From assembly GCA_010356995.1 (NCBI GenBank), contig ML996699.1, forward strand, positions 154,323 to 218,322: a stretch of DNA of 64,000 bases, given 5' to 3'. A program made the translations under genes and the position numbers. The stretch comes from Trichodelitschia bisporula (Eukaryota). The notes beneath the pieces were generated by a model. It worked only from the letters and a program-made list of their open reading frames with translations, had not been told where the DNA came from and ran no database searches. Every line of letters starts with the position of its first letter. Position 1 is the first letter of the stretch. Below, in pieces: positions 24,364 through 35,862 of this stretch.

Positions 24364-25884
24364 ATGGCAAGCGACGCTGGTCCTACCGTTTCTGACGTTC
24401 TTTATGACGCTTTCGATCCGTTCAAGCAGTACTATGGCCACAAGGCTCTCCGCACCGTCCAGATCGCGTGGGAAGATGGATCGGGGGGGAAAGGCCAGAG
24501 GAAGGTTACGCAGTACCCTCCCGTCCCTTCGGACCCTGATGATAATGCTCCTGCGCCTGAGATACCCGAGGCTGATGTACTGGACCATTTCCTCAACTTC
24601 CATGTCGACCGAGGGTTCAAGGGCATGAATGTCCTCATCGTGCCTGTTGCCTGGCAGGCGATAGGAAGGGACGACTTGGAGCGCGAGCAACGGGAAACTA
24701 TGCGAAAAGTGTTCGAATCTTGCCGTTTCCCCAAAGCGTCCCTAGCAGCTTTCCTGCACAACGACATCGCTTATCAAGAGTTCGGGGGCACTCATCACTT
24801 GGCAATGAGGCAATGGGCCCTCATATGGAATTCCAATCCTTCTGCTGAAGTTGAAGATGCCGTCTTCCTATGGCTTCATGGCCCTCGCTCCTGGGACATT
24901 CCCGAGACATTCATATCCTTCCTCACCAAGGTGTCGGAGCCTGCGACTGACTTTCGGCATGCCGGGTGTCTCACGGCCGTGACCCTGGTCTCCAAATCGC
25001 TCGGCGAAGAGGACGAAGAGGTATACCTCATCGAGAGCGAGATCAAGGAGTACCTGCGATGCAAGCACGAAGGACGCGCACCGGTCGTCAAGCGGGACAT
25101 AACCGAGCTCTCAATCACCGCAGCGTTCGTCGCCTCTCGAATCCGACGGCACAAAGACCGTCTCGCCGCCGTCCGCGATTGCCGCAACATCGGCGAAGCT
25201 ATGAATCGCGATATCCCACTGGAGCAAGTCGTATATGCCCTCCTCGCCCGAGCAACCCGCATCATCGATGACATCACCACCTACCAATTGACCCTGCACA
25301 CCTGGGCTAGTAGCGTCGTCTCTCGCGACAGCATGGTCTCGCTCCGCACGCTCACAAATGCCTCATTTTATGGCCACACCCTCAGAAAGGAAACGGCCGT
25401 CGCCACAAAGTCCCTCGCTCAACACTCCCGCCGCGACTCTGCCTTCCTGCGCCGTATGGCGTTTGTCACAACTTCGCTGCTGCCTGCTACGCTCATGGCG
25501 CCGCACTTGCTTGCTGCGGCGCTGCTTTGGTCGGGTAGGGAGGGACCATGGGCTCGCGCGGTGGTTGAAAAACCGTGGGCACTCACGCCGCCGTTGGCGA
25601 TTCTGGTGTTTATTGTGTTTTGGGTGGGGCTCGGGAGGGTTGAGAGGCGGGAGAGGGCGGAGGATGACAGGGAGTTGGAGCGGTTGAAGGAGACGAGGGA
25701 GGCTGTGGAGGCGAGGAGGCTTGAGGAGAGGAGGCAGGTTGAGGAGGGGAGAAGGGTCACAGTGGAGGGGAGGACGGTCATTGTGGAGGATCATCCGGAG
25801 AAGAGGGAGGGGAGGAGCGCGCCGGGGTTCGGCGGGCTGAGTCGGAAGCAGAGCTCCTTCCCGCCCCAGGCGGGGGAGAAGTAG
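24364..25884 (+). CDS. Divergent fungal CorA-like membrane protein
   Basis: 506-aa intronless ORF. A helical region leads to SRRDSAFLRRMAFVTTSLLPATLMA and a second TM helix, matching the RDS..M...FLP pattern of fungal CorA-like proteins. No GMN motif. Confidence 0.65.
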   Translation: MASDAGPTVSDVLYDAFDPFKQYYGHKALRTVQIAWEDGSGGKGQRKVTQYPPVPSDPDDNAPAPEIPEADVLDHFLNFHVDRGFKGMNVLIVPVAWQAIGRDDLEREQRETMRKVFESCRFPKASLAAFLHNDIAYQEFGGTHHLAMRQWALIWNSNPSAEVEDAVFLWLHGPRSWDIPETFISFLTKVSEPATDFRHAGCLTAVTLVSKSLGEEDEEVYLIESEIKEYLRCKHEGRAPVVKRDITELSITAAFVASRIRRHKDRLAAVRDCRNIGEAMNRDIPLEQVVYALLARATRIIDDITTYQLTLHTWASSVVSRDSMVSLRTLTNASFYGHTLRKETAVATKSLAQHSRRDSAFLRRMAFVTTSLLPATLMAPHLLAAALLWSGREGPWARAVVEKPWALTPPLAILVFIVFWVGLGRVERRERAEDDRELERLKETREAVEARRLEERRQVEEGRRVTVEGRTVIVEDHPEKREGRSAPGFGGLSRKQSSFPPQAGEK

Positions 25885-26060
25885 TGCGTCTCTTTTTCTT
25901 TGGAGCGGCGTTCTCGGACAGTGATACCAGCAATGCATTTTCCTCCTTCCTGACAGGCAAATCTAGCCCATATGTGCATCCATGTCTCCGCCCAGATTGT
26001 ACATCTATATCCCCAAGAATCACCCGAGTCTCTAGTCCCCAACGCCGTAGATGCCGGAAA

Positions 26061-28070
26061 TCAAAGCATGCACACCGACACCGCCAGTGCGGCGCCCAAA
26101 ACAGCCCAACTCACGCCCACCCCGCGCGCTGCCGCGCCCTTCTTCTTCGTCGTCTTCGCCTTGCCATCCTGCAGCAGCAACGAAGGCTCATACTGCACAT
26201 CCTTCGAATTCCGCGTCCCGTTCCAGCAATACTCCTTAAAGCACGCAGTGCATGCCTTCGGCACCGCCGTCTTCGTGCGCTCCAGACTGCGGCTGAGCAT
26301 AGCGCACGCAAGGCACGTCGGCCACTGGTCATCCACCGTCCCATTCCCCATACTCGCGACATTGTACCCGTTCTCAATCATCGCGTTCCGCTCGCTGATG
26401 TTGTACTTCGGGTCGAAGGTGGACACGTTGCTCATGTAGCTGTAGGGCGTGTTGGGGAGGTAGACGAGCAGCGGCGTGGGGCCTGTGTTGTTGCTGCTGT
26501 TGCAGCCGAAGAAGGTGGGCCGGGAGTTGAGGCCGAGGTTGACGAAGGTTGCTTGGTCGGGGATGGAGGGGAAGGCGGTTCCGTTTTGCATTTCTGGGGA
26601 AAGGGATCGCATGTATGTGGCTACCAGCGCGGTGCCGTTCGGCCAGTTTGCGCCCCGGTTCAGCGTATCGGCGCTGCTGTCTACGGCGAAGATCACGTCC
26701 ACGCCGCGGATGGGCTGGATTAGCGGGTGCAGCGGGATGTTCTGCAAGTCTTCCCCACCGTCGACGAGTGTGAGCTGCCGCGAGTTCGCGCCTGGATTCT
26801 TCGCCTTATTCCACCCGAGAAACGGATTCGGCGTCCAATCCGCAATGTCATTCTGGTTCTTATCCAGCTTGCCCAACACGCTATTCAGCGCATCGCGCAG
26901 GAACTGCGGCACGCCCGGCACGGCATCCAGCTGCAGCAGGAACTGGTTGAAGAGGCTCGAGCTCGTCCCCATGACGTAGCCTGCATTGTCAAAGCCTGTG
27001 ACGCAGGCTTCGGAGCTCGGGAGGGAGCCCGCGGTGAAGTTGGACCCGACGTATTTCATGGGGGCGAAGCCGAAGAGTGTCGGGTCGTGGGAGCCCATTT
27101 CGAAGGGGGTGAATTCGAAGACCGTGGCGTTCAGGCTGATGACGATTTCGCCGGGCGCCCGGCCGTCCGCCACGATCAGCGGCATCGGCGCGTCGCCGCG
27201 ACTAAACGGCCCGGAGTCCGCAAGACTGCTCCACGTATACCCCGGCGCTCCCGCCGGCGCATTGATGAGTTGAAAACTCAGCGCGCGGCCCCAATAATCC
27301 GTAATCGAGCTGTCAAACCCGGCCTTGACCTTATCCCGCACCTGATTGAAAATGGTCATGTAATAATCCGCCTTGCTCAGCAGGCTATTACTCGGGCCCG
27401 TGAAAATCGGGTTCTGGAACTGCCACAAGTTGCCCGTGGACGATTTGTCCGGCGCCGTGGAGATGATGTCTGAGACGGAGCTGAAGTTGTTCACGTAGAT
27501 GCTGCCTACGAGCCAGCTACCCCCGCTCAGACCCGCGACGTAGGTTGATGCTTGTAGCACCCCGCCCACGTGCCCCTTGCCGGTGGAGCCTGGTGTGCGG
27601 CTGTCGAATGCCGCGAGCGCGCCGGCTCCATTTAACAGAGCCCGGTATCCGCCGCCTGAGAATGCGATTCCGACAACCGGCATGTCGTTCGCGTGCTTGT
27701 CCATCCAGGCTCCAGCGTCGAAATCCGCAATCCCGATTCGAGTTAGCAGCTCGCGCATTGCGGGGCGCGCGGTCGAGCGTCGGAGGGTCAGCCAGTCTTT
27801 TTCGCGGTTGGAGAGGGCGTGCGCGGCACGGATTGAGGGGCGGGTTGGGGGGCATGAATTGTCTACGGGGGAATAGGCGCTTATTGAAGAGGCGCGGCGG
27901 GCGAGGGAGGTTTCTTCGAGGATGGCGAGGGAGGTTTCGTTGTGGGTTGCGGGATCGAAGGCCGCGGGGTCGACTGGTTTTGTTAGCTTGCGTTGTGCAG
28001 GGGATTTGCGGGACGGACTCGCTGCGTGGGCTGTGGCGCCCGCGAGGAGCGCGAGGCTGAGGATGTGCAT
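26061..28070 (-). CDS. Lysophospholipase / phospholipase B, secreted and probably GPI-anchored
   Basis: Signal peptide, SGGGYRAL, GLSGGSW nucleophile elbow, LVDGGEDLQNIPL, hydrophobic C-terminus. Confidence 0.97.
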   Translation of the reverse strand: MHILSLALLAGATAHAASPSRKSPAQRKLTKPVDPAAFDPATHNETSLAILEETSLARRASSISAYSPVDNSCPPTRPSIRAAHALSNREKDWLTLRRSTARPAMRELLTRIGIADFDAGAWMDKHANDMPVVGIAFSGGGYRALLNGAGALAAFDSRTPGSTGKGHVGGVLQASTYVAGLSGGSWLVGSIYVNNFSSVSDIISTAPDKSSTGNLWQFQNPIFTGPSNSLLSKADYYMTIFNQVRDKVKAGFDSSITDYWGRALSFQLINAPAGAPGYTWSSLADSGPFSRGDAPMPLIVADGRAPGEIVISLNATVFEFTPFEMGSHDPTLFGFAPMKYVGSNFTAGSLPSSEACVTGFDNAGYVMGTSSSLFNQFLLQLDAVPGVPQFLRDALNSVLGKLDKNQNDIADWTPNPFLGWNKAKNPGANSRQLTLVDGGEDLQNIPLHPLIQPIRGVDVIFAVDSSADTLNRGANWPNGTALVATYMRSLSPEMQNGTAFPSIPDQATFVNLGLNSRPTFFGCNSSNNTGPTPLLVYLPNTPYSYMSNVSTFDPKYNISERNAMIENGYNVASMGNGTVDDQWPTCLACAMLSRSLERTKTAVPKACTACFKEYCWNGTRNSKDVQYEPSLLLQDGKAKTTKKKGAAARGVGVSWAVLGAALAVSVCML

Positions 28071-28137
28071 GACTGTGGTGACAATGCGGGGAAGAGAGAA
28101 CGAAGAAAGAAGGAGCCCGAGGCGGGCTGAAGGGAAG

Positions 28138-28163
28138 GAAACGAAACGAAACGAAACGAAACG
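28138..28163. repeat. (GAAAC)n microsatellite in the 5' leader of the phospholipase B gene
   Basis: About five GAAAC units. Confidence 0.85.
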
Positions 28164-29429
28164 CTGCGGGTGCGGCTGCGGCGGTGGAGGCGTATAAGGT
28201 TCTTGGTCCTCGTCAAAACGCGGGCGTCGCGATTAAAGTGTGTGTGGATTGTGGATCGCCGTGTGGTCCGGGTGCGGGGGACAGGGACCCGGATTGGAGT
28301 GTTTGAGTGTTGTAGAGACTGGACGAGACGGTGCTCAGATGGTATGGGGAAGGGGGGAGGGGAAGGGGGGAGGGGAGTGGTGGTGGGAGGCTTGTTATAT
28401 TGCGGTGCGGAAGGGGCACGCGACTGAAGTCAGAAGTGAAGTTCTTCCCCCGGGTAGTCGGATAGGCGCGGCAGGCCTAGCGACTAGCCCACGTATGTGG
28501 CGCGGGTGAGATGGGTGCCGGGTGGCTTGGCTTTCTTTGTGCACTTCAAGGTGGGAGACGTATGGATGTGAGATGGGATAAGGCCATTGGGACTTGGGGT
28601 TGATGGGATAGGTCTTTATGGGTGGGTGGAATGCTGATGATATAAGGTTACGTGTCGGGTCGGGAGTGTTGATGACGGCGGCGCGTGGTCGATTCGTATT
28701 CCGCGTGTCTTGTGTGACGAGGCTGAGGCGCTGACGTTGCGGCTCGGCGTAAGGCAGGGCGCTGCGATGTGGGTCCTAAGGGTTTACATAGTGGAGTATC
28801 GATGACTGCAAGCTCCAAAAATCAGGCATTCTGTTCACGGCACGTCTTCGGTCACTGATTTTGTATGACGATCGCGATCGGTACCTGCACGATCCGTATC
28901 CCGAATCTTATTCTCACGCCCTGATCCTTCTGACACCGCCGTGGCGCAGTTTTGAACGCCACTTCCGCGCAAAGAAATGACGTGCAGGACCCCGCGCTCG
29001 CCTAATCAATCTACGGTTCGCACCTCAAGTCTACGAAATAACCGCGCACGCTATGAAATGAGCGGACGACGGCGGTGCGGGGTCGAGTATGCGGGTACTG
29101 TGGCACAGCGAGTCGGCGCGCGGGGATAAATAGGCTGTCTGAGCAGCGGATTGAGGTTGATGAGCTGGAAGTGTGGGGGAATGTGGCTGGATAGGGTTAC
29201 GGGTAGGGCTTGTGGCAGGGCATGTCACGATTTAGCGCTCGGGTTGATGTTGAATTTGAGATCTGAGCTGGAGTACCGGTACGATTCGAGGCGGGAGAGT
29301 CCGATACAAATGCTACCCGTAGTTCTAGCTGCGCATCGGTGTGAGAGAGCGACACGGGGTTGTCGTACTGCTTCTGGAACGTCGTAGTCTTGCAATTACC
29401 CGGCTCTGGACAACCCCCCATATCTCCAC

Positions 29430-30920
29430 TCACAACCTCGCCCTCACAATCTTCCTCGCAAACGGATGTCCCTCCTCCCTCATAACCCTCCCCTCCACTA
29501 GCGCCGTATTCACCAACCCCGGATGCGCCTGCCCCAGCTCCGTAATCCCACACATCTGCATCGCCGTCTCCAACTCATCCCTCAGCAAGTCCACCGCATG
29601 CTCAACACCCTCCTGCCCATACCCCACGGCGTACAAAAACGGCCGTCCCAGAAACACAGCACTGGCCCCTAGGCACATCGCCTTGAGCACGTCAGTCCCG
29701 CGCCGCACACCCCCGTCGACAAAGACTTCCATCCGCTCCAGCACCCACGCGCACTGCGCCTGGATCTCGAGTAACACGATGATCGCCGGCTGTGCCGTGT
29801 CCACCGCCCGGCCCCCGTGGTTGGACAGGTAAATCCCCGCGCACCCCGCCTCGTACGCCCGGCGCGCATCGGCGGCAGACTGGATCCCCTTTAGGAAGAG
29901 CGGGATATCGGTGATCCCGCGCAACCATGCCAGATCTTCCCATCTTAAATCCGCGTCGATGAACCCGCCCGTTGCTCTTGCCAACCCACCCACTTTCTTC
30001 CCCGGCTCGACCTTCTGCTGCAAATTATCCGCACTAGCAATCGCGACATCCGTCTTGATCCTTTCATCCGCCTCTCTCTTCCCAACGACCGGTAAATCAA
30101 CCGTAACCACAATGGCCCGCGGGCGCAGCTTCGCAATCCCCCGCAGATGCGCCTCCGTAACCGCCCTATCCTTGTTAACATACAGCTGATACATAACCGG
30201 ATAATCCCTGGGCAGTTCCGCAACCACCTCCTGCAGACTGAAACTGCTATTCGTACTCAGACAGAGACTACTCCCCCTCGCCGCCAGTCCCCGCGCAATA
30301 GCCTTCTCGCCCTCCGGATGCGCCATCCGCGCCAGCGCCGTCGGCGCCCAGAAAAATGGAACTGAGAAATCGGCGCCTAGGACCCGTGTCTTGGTGCTGA
30401 CGTTCCGCACGCCGGTGAGCACGCGCGGGCGCAGCAATATGTCACGCCAGGCCACGAGGTTGGCTGCGTGCGTGAGGCAGTCGTTTGCGGCGCCGGAGTA
30501 GAACGCCCACGCCTTCGGGCTGTACGTCGCCTCGGCTGCGGCGGCGAAGTCGTGCATGTTCAGGATAGCGTCGAGTGGGGGTTTGGTAGACTTCAGGATA
30601 GGCGGTGCGGCGGTCGTCGAGCTGGGCGGTGCGTTTAAGGCGGTCCATTCCGCGTCCAGGGTGTCCGGATCCAAGAGGCCGATTCTCTTGCTGCTGTCCA
30701 GATGGCGGGAGACAAGCGATTCGCTGTGTACTTCATTGTACGCGGCTGTCGCGTCGCGGCCGAGGTACTGCATGATGACGGCGGCGCCGCCTGGGTGTGC
30801 GGGCAGGAAGTCCGTTACGTCCCAGATGACGTTGTTGAGGACGATCCAGGCGGATGAGGGAGTCGCGTGGTCCGCGAGGGCGGAGGCGGGGATGAGTGGC
30901 GACTGCTTCGTGTCCGGCAT
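29430..30920 (-). CDS. Flavocytochrome b2-like L-lactate / alpha-hydroxy acid dehydrogenase
   Basis: Cytochrome b5 heme motif HPGG followed by an FMN-dependent domain (LRPRVL, QLYVNKDR, TVDLP, LSNHGGR, DGGVRRGTDV, GRPFLY). No mitochondrial presequence visible. Confidence 0.95.
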   Translation of the reverse strand: MPDTKQSPLIPASALADHATPSSAWIVLNNVIWDVTDFLPAHPGGAAVIMQYLGRDATAAYNEVHSESLVSRHLDSSKRIGLLDPDTLDAEWTALNAPPSSTTAAPPILKSTKPPLDAILNMHDFAAAAEATYSPKAWAFYSGAANDCLTHAANLVAWRDILLRPRVLTGVRNVSTKTRVLGADFSVPFFWAPTALARMAHPEGEKAIARGLAARGSSLCLSTNSSFSLQEVVAELPRDYPVMYQLYVNKDRAVTEAHLRGIAKLRPRAIVVTVDLPVVGKREADERIKTDVAIASADNLQQKVEPGKKVGGLARATGGFIDADLRWEDLAWLRGITDIPLFLKGIQSAADARRAYEAGCAGIYLSNHGGRAVDTAQPAIIVLLEIQAQCAWVLERMEVFVDGGVRRGTDVLKAMCLGASAVFLGRPFLYAVGYGQEGVEHAVDLLRDELETAMQMCGITELGQAHPGLVNTALVEGRVMREEGHPFARKIVRARL

Positions 30921-31879
30921 TGTGACAACCTGAAGACAGTACGATGAGTGTAGGGGAAGTTAGGACGCGGTTCTATGAAGCTTAAGGCCGGCTCGACGCT
31001 CAGGAAGTGTGGATGGGTTAAATAGACCGCTGCGGCTACTATCTCACCGCATTGACGTGCGGGGTGCATGGTGCCGTCGTCCATCCGACGTTCGCGCTTG
31101 ACATGCAGGACATCGGGTGTGGCGCTGCGGAACGGTTCCGCCGTCTGCAGTCGGGGGAAGAGGCGCCGAGGCAGAAAGCGGGAGGCGGTCCGAAGATCGA
31201 AGCTTAACATTCGGGATGTCGGGACTCATATTTGCGATAAGTTCGCACATGTCCTGCGGGGTTGCGGATCATTTATATTCCTTGCCAACTCGAGTTCTCA
31301 AGTTCCTAGAGAAAGCTCAGTCGCGGGGAGGCAAGCTGTTTAGCCCTCCCAGGCGCCAACTACGAGTACTTCCAAAATATATAATATAAAGAGGCCTTGT
31401 TCGTCTTATCCGTTCTTGCGTACCGAGTGAGATCTCTCAGAGCCACCGGGGATGGCAGGCAAAAAGGCAAAAACATACAGCAGTTGGGATTCGCTGCTGG
31501 TCACCCACGCAACTACTAGTCAACCGATTCATAGCTTAACTTCAGTGAGCAGACGGGGACTGGTGCTTTCTAGGATCTGTGGCCGTATGTGAAAGATTGT
31601 GTTGCCAAATTGAATATGTGCAGCTGTATGTTGCAGTTCTGAAACAACCACGGACAAAATACCCCTCCACTTCGCTTTCCCACATCCGCCTCCATGCGTC
31701 GTAATGATCGGAGTTTGATGTCGAAGGCTCCACGTTGAGGCTTTGCGGAAGAGCCTGATGGGTACTGTAGACGCCCCATGACCATCGTCGACGAGGGGGC
31801 CTACTCGGGCAGTCACCCGACCAGGTTCGGCTGCAAAATCTGATCCATTCTACAGAAAAGTGTGAGATGACGCCCATAT

Positions 31880-33300
31880 ATGGAGTAGCCACTTGGACAT
31901 ACGCCTGCCAAAAAACCAGGCCATCGAGCTACCTAAGAGCTTTCTTCAACTCGTGGGTCGGCTTGTCCCACATCGTCAACTCGTAGGCCGTACATTCCCG
32001 GTCTTTTTCCAACCCCACAAGAGTGGTATGGAGTTCCTTAGAACGGTCTACGCATGTGTTGAACGCCAGAATGATATCGTTGTACCTTTTCTGATGGTCG
32101 GGCCCGCGCTTACGGGTATGGAGAGCTTGTTCAAGTCTTCATAATCTTTAAGCTCAGTCAAGAAGTCGGACAAGCCGTCAAAAAGATTTCTTCGGATAAG
32201 ACCTCAAGCTCGGAAGGTTGCCGCGTTTTCGCCATGTCAAAAAGACGGTCGTCGACCGTTTGGAGGGCGGTAGCACACCCTTCGCGAAGTCGCAACGACA
32301 TCAAGACTGCTATAAGTGCGTAGCTAAGAGTAACGGGAAATATAATATCTACGGTAACATCAAAATGCGTTGATCATGCGTCGGGTGCCAGCTATGAGGC
32401 TCAGCTGCGGGGTTATCACGAGACGTTCGATTTACAGCTCGGTCACCAGACCTAAGGGATACCCGAAAAAGTCATGCCCCCCTCTCTCCGGCTTTTGGCA
32501 GAGGTCTAGTCGCGGGGGGTGACATGACTTTTTCGATGAGCCCTTAGCCCCAAAAACGGACACATGCTGCTGTGCCGCCACTTGCTTCTTGCTGCTTCTC
32601 CTGACGGTCTATTGCAGTACAGTAAGAGGTCGCGATACCGTTCCATGACAACCGTTGGCGCAGTGAACTTCTTGGGCAGGCATACCGACCCTTACACCTG
32701 TAGATACCTCTTCTCGCTCTGCTTTTCAGCATCAAATACCCATACCATTTCAATCTTTCCCTGCAGAGAGTGTGAGATGATGCTCATGTACGGTAGGGAC
32801 TGGCGCACTTACCTCTCATCAATCATCCGCTTTCTGAGTTTGACAAGAGACGACTGAACTTCCGCATACTTCTGCCTCCATATGGCCTAAATGTCCTCGC
32901 GCTTACATTTGCGTTCTTCGTCCAGACGCAAGGTAACGGACTGGAGATCCTTGGAGTACTCTAAGCATGTGCCCGGTAGGGAAATGGCCACCGTCCACGA
33001 CTTCTCAGACTCGGCTTCTTGCTGATCCTTGAGGTCGGTTAAGAAATCGGACAATATCGTAACCAGTTCGTCGATCAGGAACAGAGTTTCGGGCAGTTGC
33101 TGTGCGTATGCAATCTGCTATAGAAGAGTTTCGCATGTATGACTGAGATTGACAAGCTGTCGACTAACTGGCACCTCATATAGCACCGTCATCGAGACTG
33201 CGATATGTGTGTAGCTGAGTGTGACGGCAAAGAACCAATATCGAAGTACGTTTATCGTGCGGTGGCCTAAGACTCAGCTGCGGGGGTCATCATGGAATAT
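31880..33300 (-). pseudogene. Two decayed tandem paralogues of an unknown helical protein
   Basis: LSDFLTELKD (32145-32173) and LSDFLTDLKD (33025-33054), each followed by TC...SK.L...R.C...W. In-frame stops (31929-31931, 32887-32889) and frameshifts. Upstream non-coding blocks also repeat about 880 bp apart. Confidence 0.6.
32464..32535. repeat. Inverted repeat / hairpin
   Basis: Perfect 13-bp arms CGAAAAAGTCATG (32464-32476) and CATGACTTTTTCG (32523-32535), extended inward by C6/G6. Confidence 0.85.
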
Positions 33301-34659
33301 TCAAGTTGCAGCCCAGCCACACAACTCGCAGCCGAACGCATACTGCTGCGCCACCACTCCTTCGCGGTGCTTCTCCCAGCGATCCACGGTAAGAGGTCGC
33401 GATGCCGCTAGTCTTTGTCGAACCACGTACCTGTACACGAAATGGGCCCAGAATCACCGAATAGGCCTCTGCCGATCACATTCGCCCACCATGTCGGTAG
33501 CATAGATGCAATATGGGACTTGACGTGCGGCACATCTAACGGAGGCCATCTCCCGGCCGGGATTCCTCCACAGGAACAGGCAGTCTTGCGAACCGCTACC
33601 CTGTTAATTATGCCGTCATATGGAGTTTCAAGCGTTTCAAGCACGGCAAGGCTGAGGCCAAGACTCCGGCGCGGCAGTGCCCTGCAATGATTGACGATAT
33701 CTTCCGAGATCCAGGCTGCGATGCGCTGGGACCAGATCGGGGTTTGCTGAGGCCGATGCGGTTATATGTGCACTTTGCTTTGCTTTAATGCGGTGTTTCG
33801 GGTTCGAATGGGCACTTTGGGGTGGTGCCCGGATCGTTTGCAGGCTTAGTCTGGTGAGATCAACATGTTCATTTCCGTTGATAAAGAGGGGGATATGACT
33901 CCCTACATAAAGCGGCTGCTATTCCGCTCTTACAGGGCGGGCTGATTCCGCAACGGTTCTTCCAGTAATGAAGGCGTCCTGGCATCTGGAGACAGAATCC
34001 ACATTTCGCTAATGAGCATGTGAAGCTTGAAACTTCAAACGCCGTGCTGAACCGGAAGAATTCCTAAATATCATAAGCCATTGAACTATGCGGGTTATGC
34101 GAACGCAGAAGATGTACCAGTTCTCCCAACCCATCCCCAAATCCAAGAACAACCCGAAGCCAGCACATCCCAGCCTCGCCCTCTCCATCCCAGACAAAAT
34201 CGGCCACGCCCCGACGTCAACCATCCCCGATCGCCCAACCGAGCCCCGCCCTCTCATCTCGATCGATAAACGATCCCCAGCCATAAACCACCATGCGCGA
34301 TCGATCCCGCCGCGCACTAATCCGCGCCGGTATGGGGTAAATTGCGCCCACCCCGCCCCCCTCACCCCGCGCTGAACGAGCGCAAAGCGACTGGTCCACC
34401 CCCGCCCGAGCGCCCGTTTCCAGACCGCGAGATGAGTACCATACACTCCGCGATATACAGCACCATAACCTACCCCATCATCCTTTCCGCAAGCAAAATA
34501 CTGCGTCTATGCATCCGACGTCAGACCCCAGGGCGTGTGGGCGTGTGGGCGCTATATAACCCTTCAAAGCCCGTAGCCTTGCGCCCGCCCATCCCACGCT
34601 CCCTAGCTCACATTCCTTACTCCCAACAGCACTTAACCCACGTCACTCATTATCCCAAA

Positions 34660-35679
34660 ATGCGCTCCCTCACCCTCCTCCCCCTCCTCGCCACCGCCGC
34701 CCTCGCGCAAGACGCGATCCCAGCCCCAGCAGGCGCCGACACCGCCGCCGGCCCCGCCGCCTGCGCGCCGCTGCACCTCATCTACGCGCGCGCCACCACC
34801 GAGCCCCCCCAAAACTACGCCGAAGACTTCGACGGCGCGGCGGCCAAGATTTGGTCCAAGGGCTACGGGGCCGCGGGGTACAGCCTGTACACCAACATTT
34901 CCTCGCTGATCCCCGGCGCAACGGGGTACCCGGTGCATTACCCGGCCTCTATGGGCCAGAGCGCGCCGAAAGGCGTCGAGGACATGATCGCGCAGGTGAA
35001 GAAGCAGATCACCGCGTGCCCCGACCAGAAGTTGGTCTTGGGCGGGCATAGCCAAGGAGGGATGGTGACGGTGTCTGCGATTCCGAAGATGGATGCCGAG
35101 AGCTTGAAGAAGGTGGTTGCGGTTGTTATGTTTGGGTCCCCGGGGTGTCCGGCGCAGGTGCAGGATCGGTGCAAGAGTTATTGCAATAAGGGCGATTTTG
35201 TGAGTATGCCCCCGGGATGGCGGGATGTGGGCTGATTGAGGCAGGTGTGCGACTCGGCGGGCGGGGCGAAGGGCGGTGCGAAGGGCGGTGCGAAGGGCCC
35301 GGGTATGCCGGGTATGGCTAAGGGCGGTGCGGGGGGTATGCCGAGTATGCCTAAGGGTGGGGCTGGGCCGTCGATGCCCAAGGGTGGGATGCCGAGTGCT
35401 AAGGGCGGTATGCCGAAGATGCCGAAGATGCCCAAGGGTGAGGGTGCTGGTGCGCCTGCGAGCGGGGGTATTGCGGCGGGTTCGCTGGATAGGCGCATGC
35501 GGTTTATGGAAAGGCGGTCGAGCTTTGCGGATGAGTGCTCTAGCCTTGGTGAGGTGGAGGCGCTGCATGTTGCGAAGGGGAGCGGGAACGCGCATTTGCT
35601 TTACAATTCGGATGGGTACTATGTTAAGGCTGGGGCTTGCTATGTTCTGGACTTGTACAAGAAGGCGGGTGGGAAGTAG
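34660..35679 (+). CDS. Secreted CE5 cutinase / acetylxylan-esterase-like protein
   Basis: Signal peptide, ARATTEP, CPDQKLVLGGHSQGG (Ser 35050), VMFGSP, YCNKGDFVC, AHLLY. Intron 35200-35244. Confidence 0.9.
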
Positions 35680-35862
35680 GCTGGGCGGTTGATGCGCCTG
35701 CTGCGGCTTTCTGTTCTAGTAACATGATTAGCTCTCTGCTTGCAATTAGCAATGCTCAGTTTAGTTCAAAGCTTTGGTTCGAGATCAATGTGATATCACG
35801 TGAGGAGCAGCATCTCCTAGTCTGATTCATCTCATTGCCATCATACATCGTCGAATGCCTAA

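Noticed and set aside
25884..27876. Long plus-strand ORFs antisense to phospholipase B (similar shadows over other genes)
   Set aside because: Expected stop-poor antisense frames in GC-rich coding DNA.
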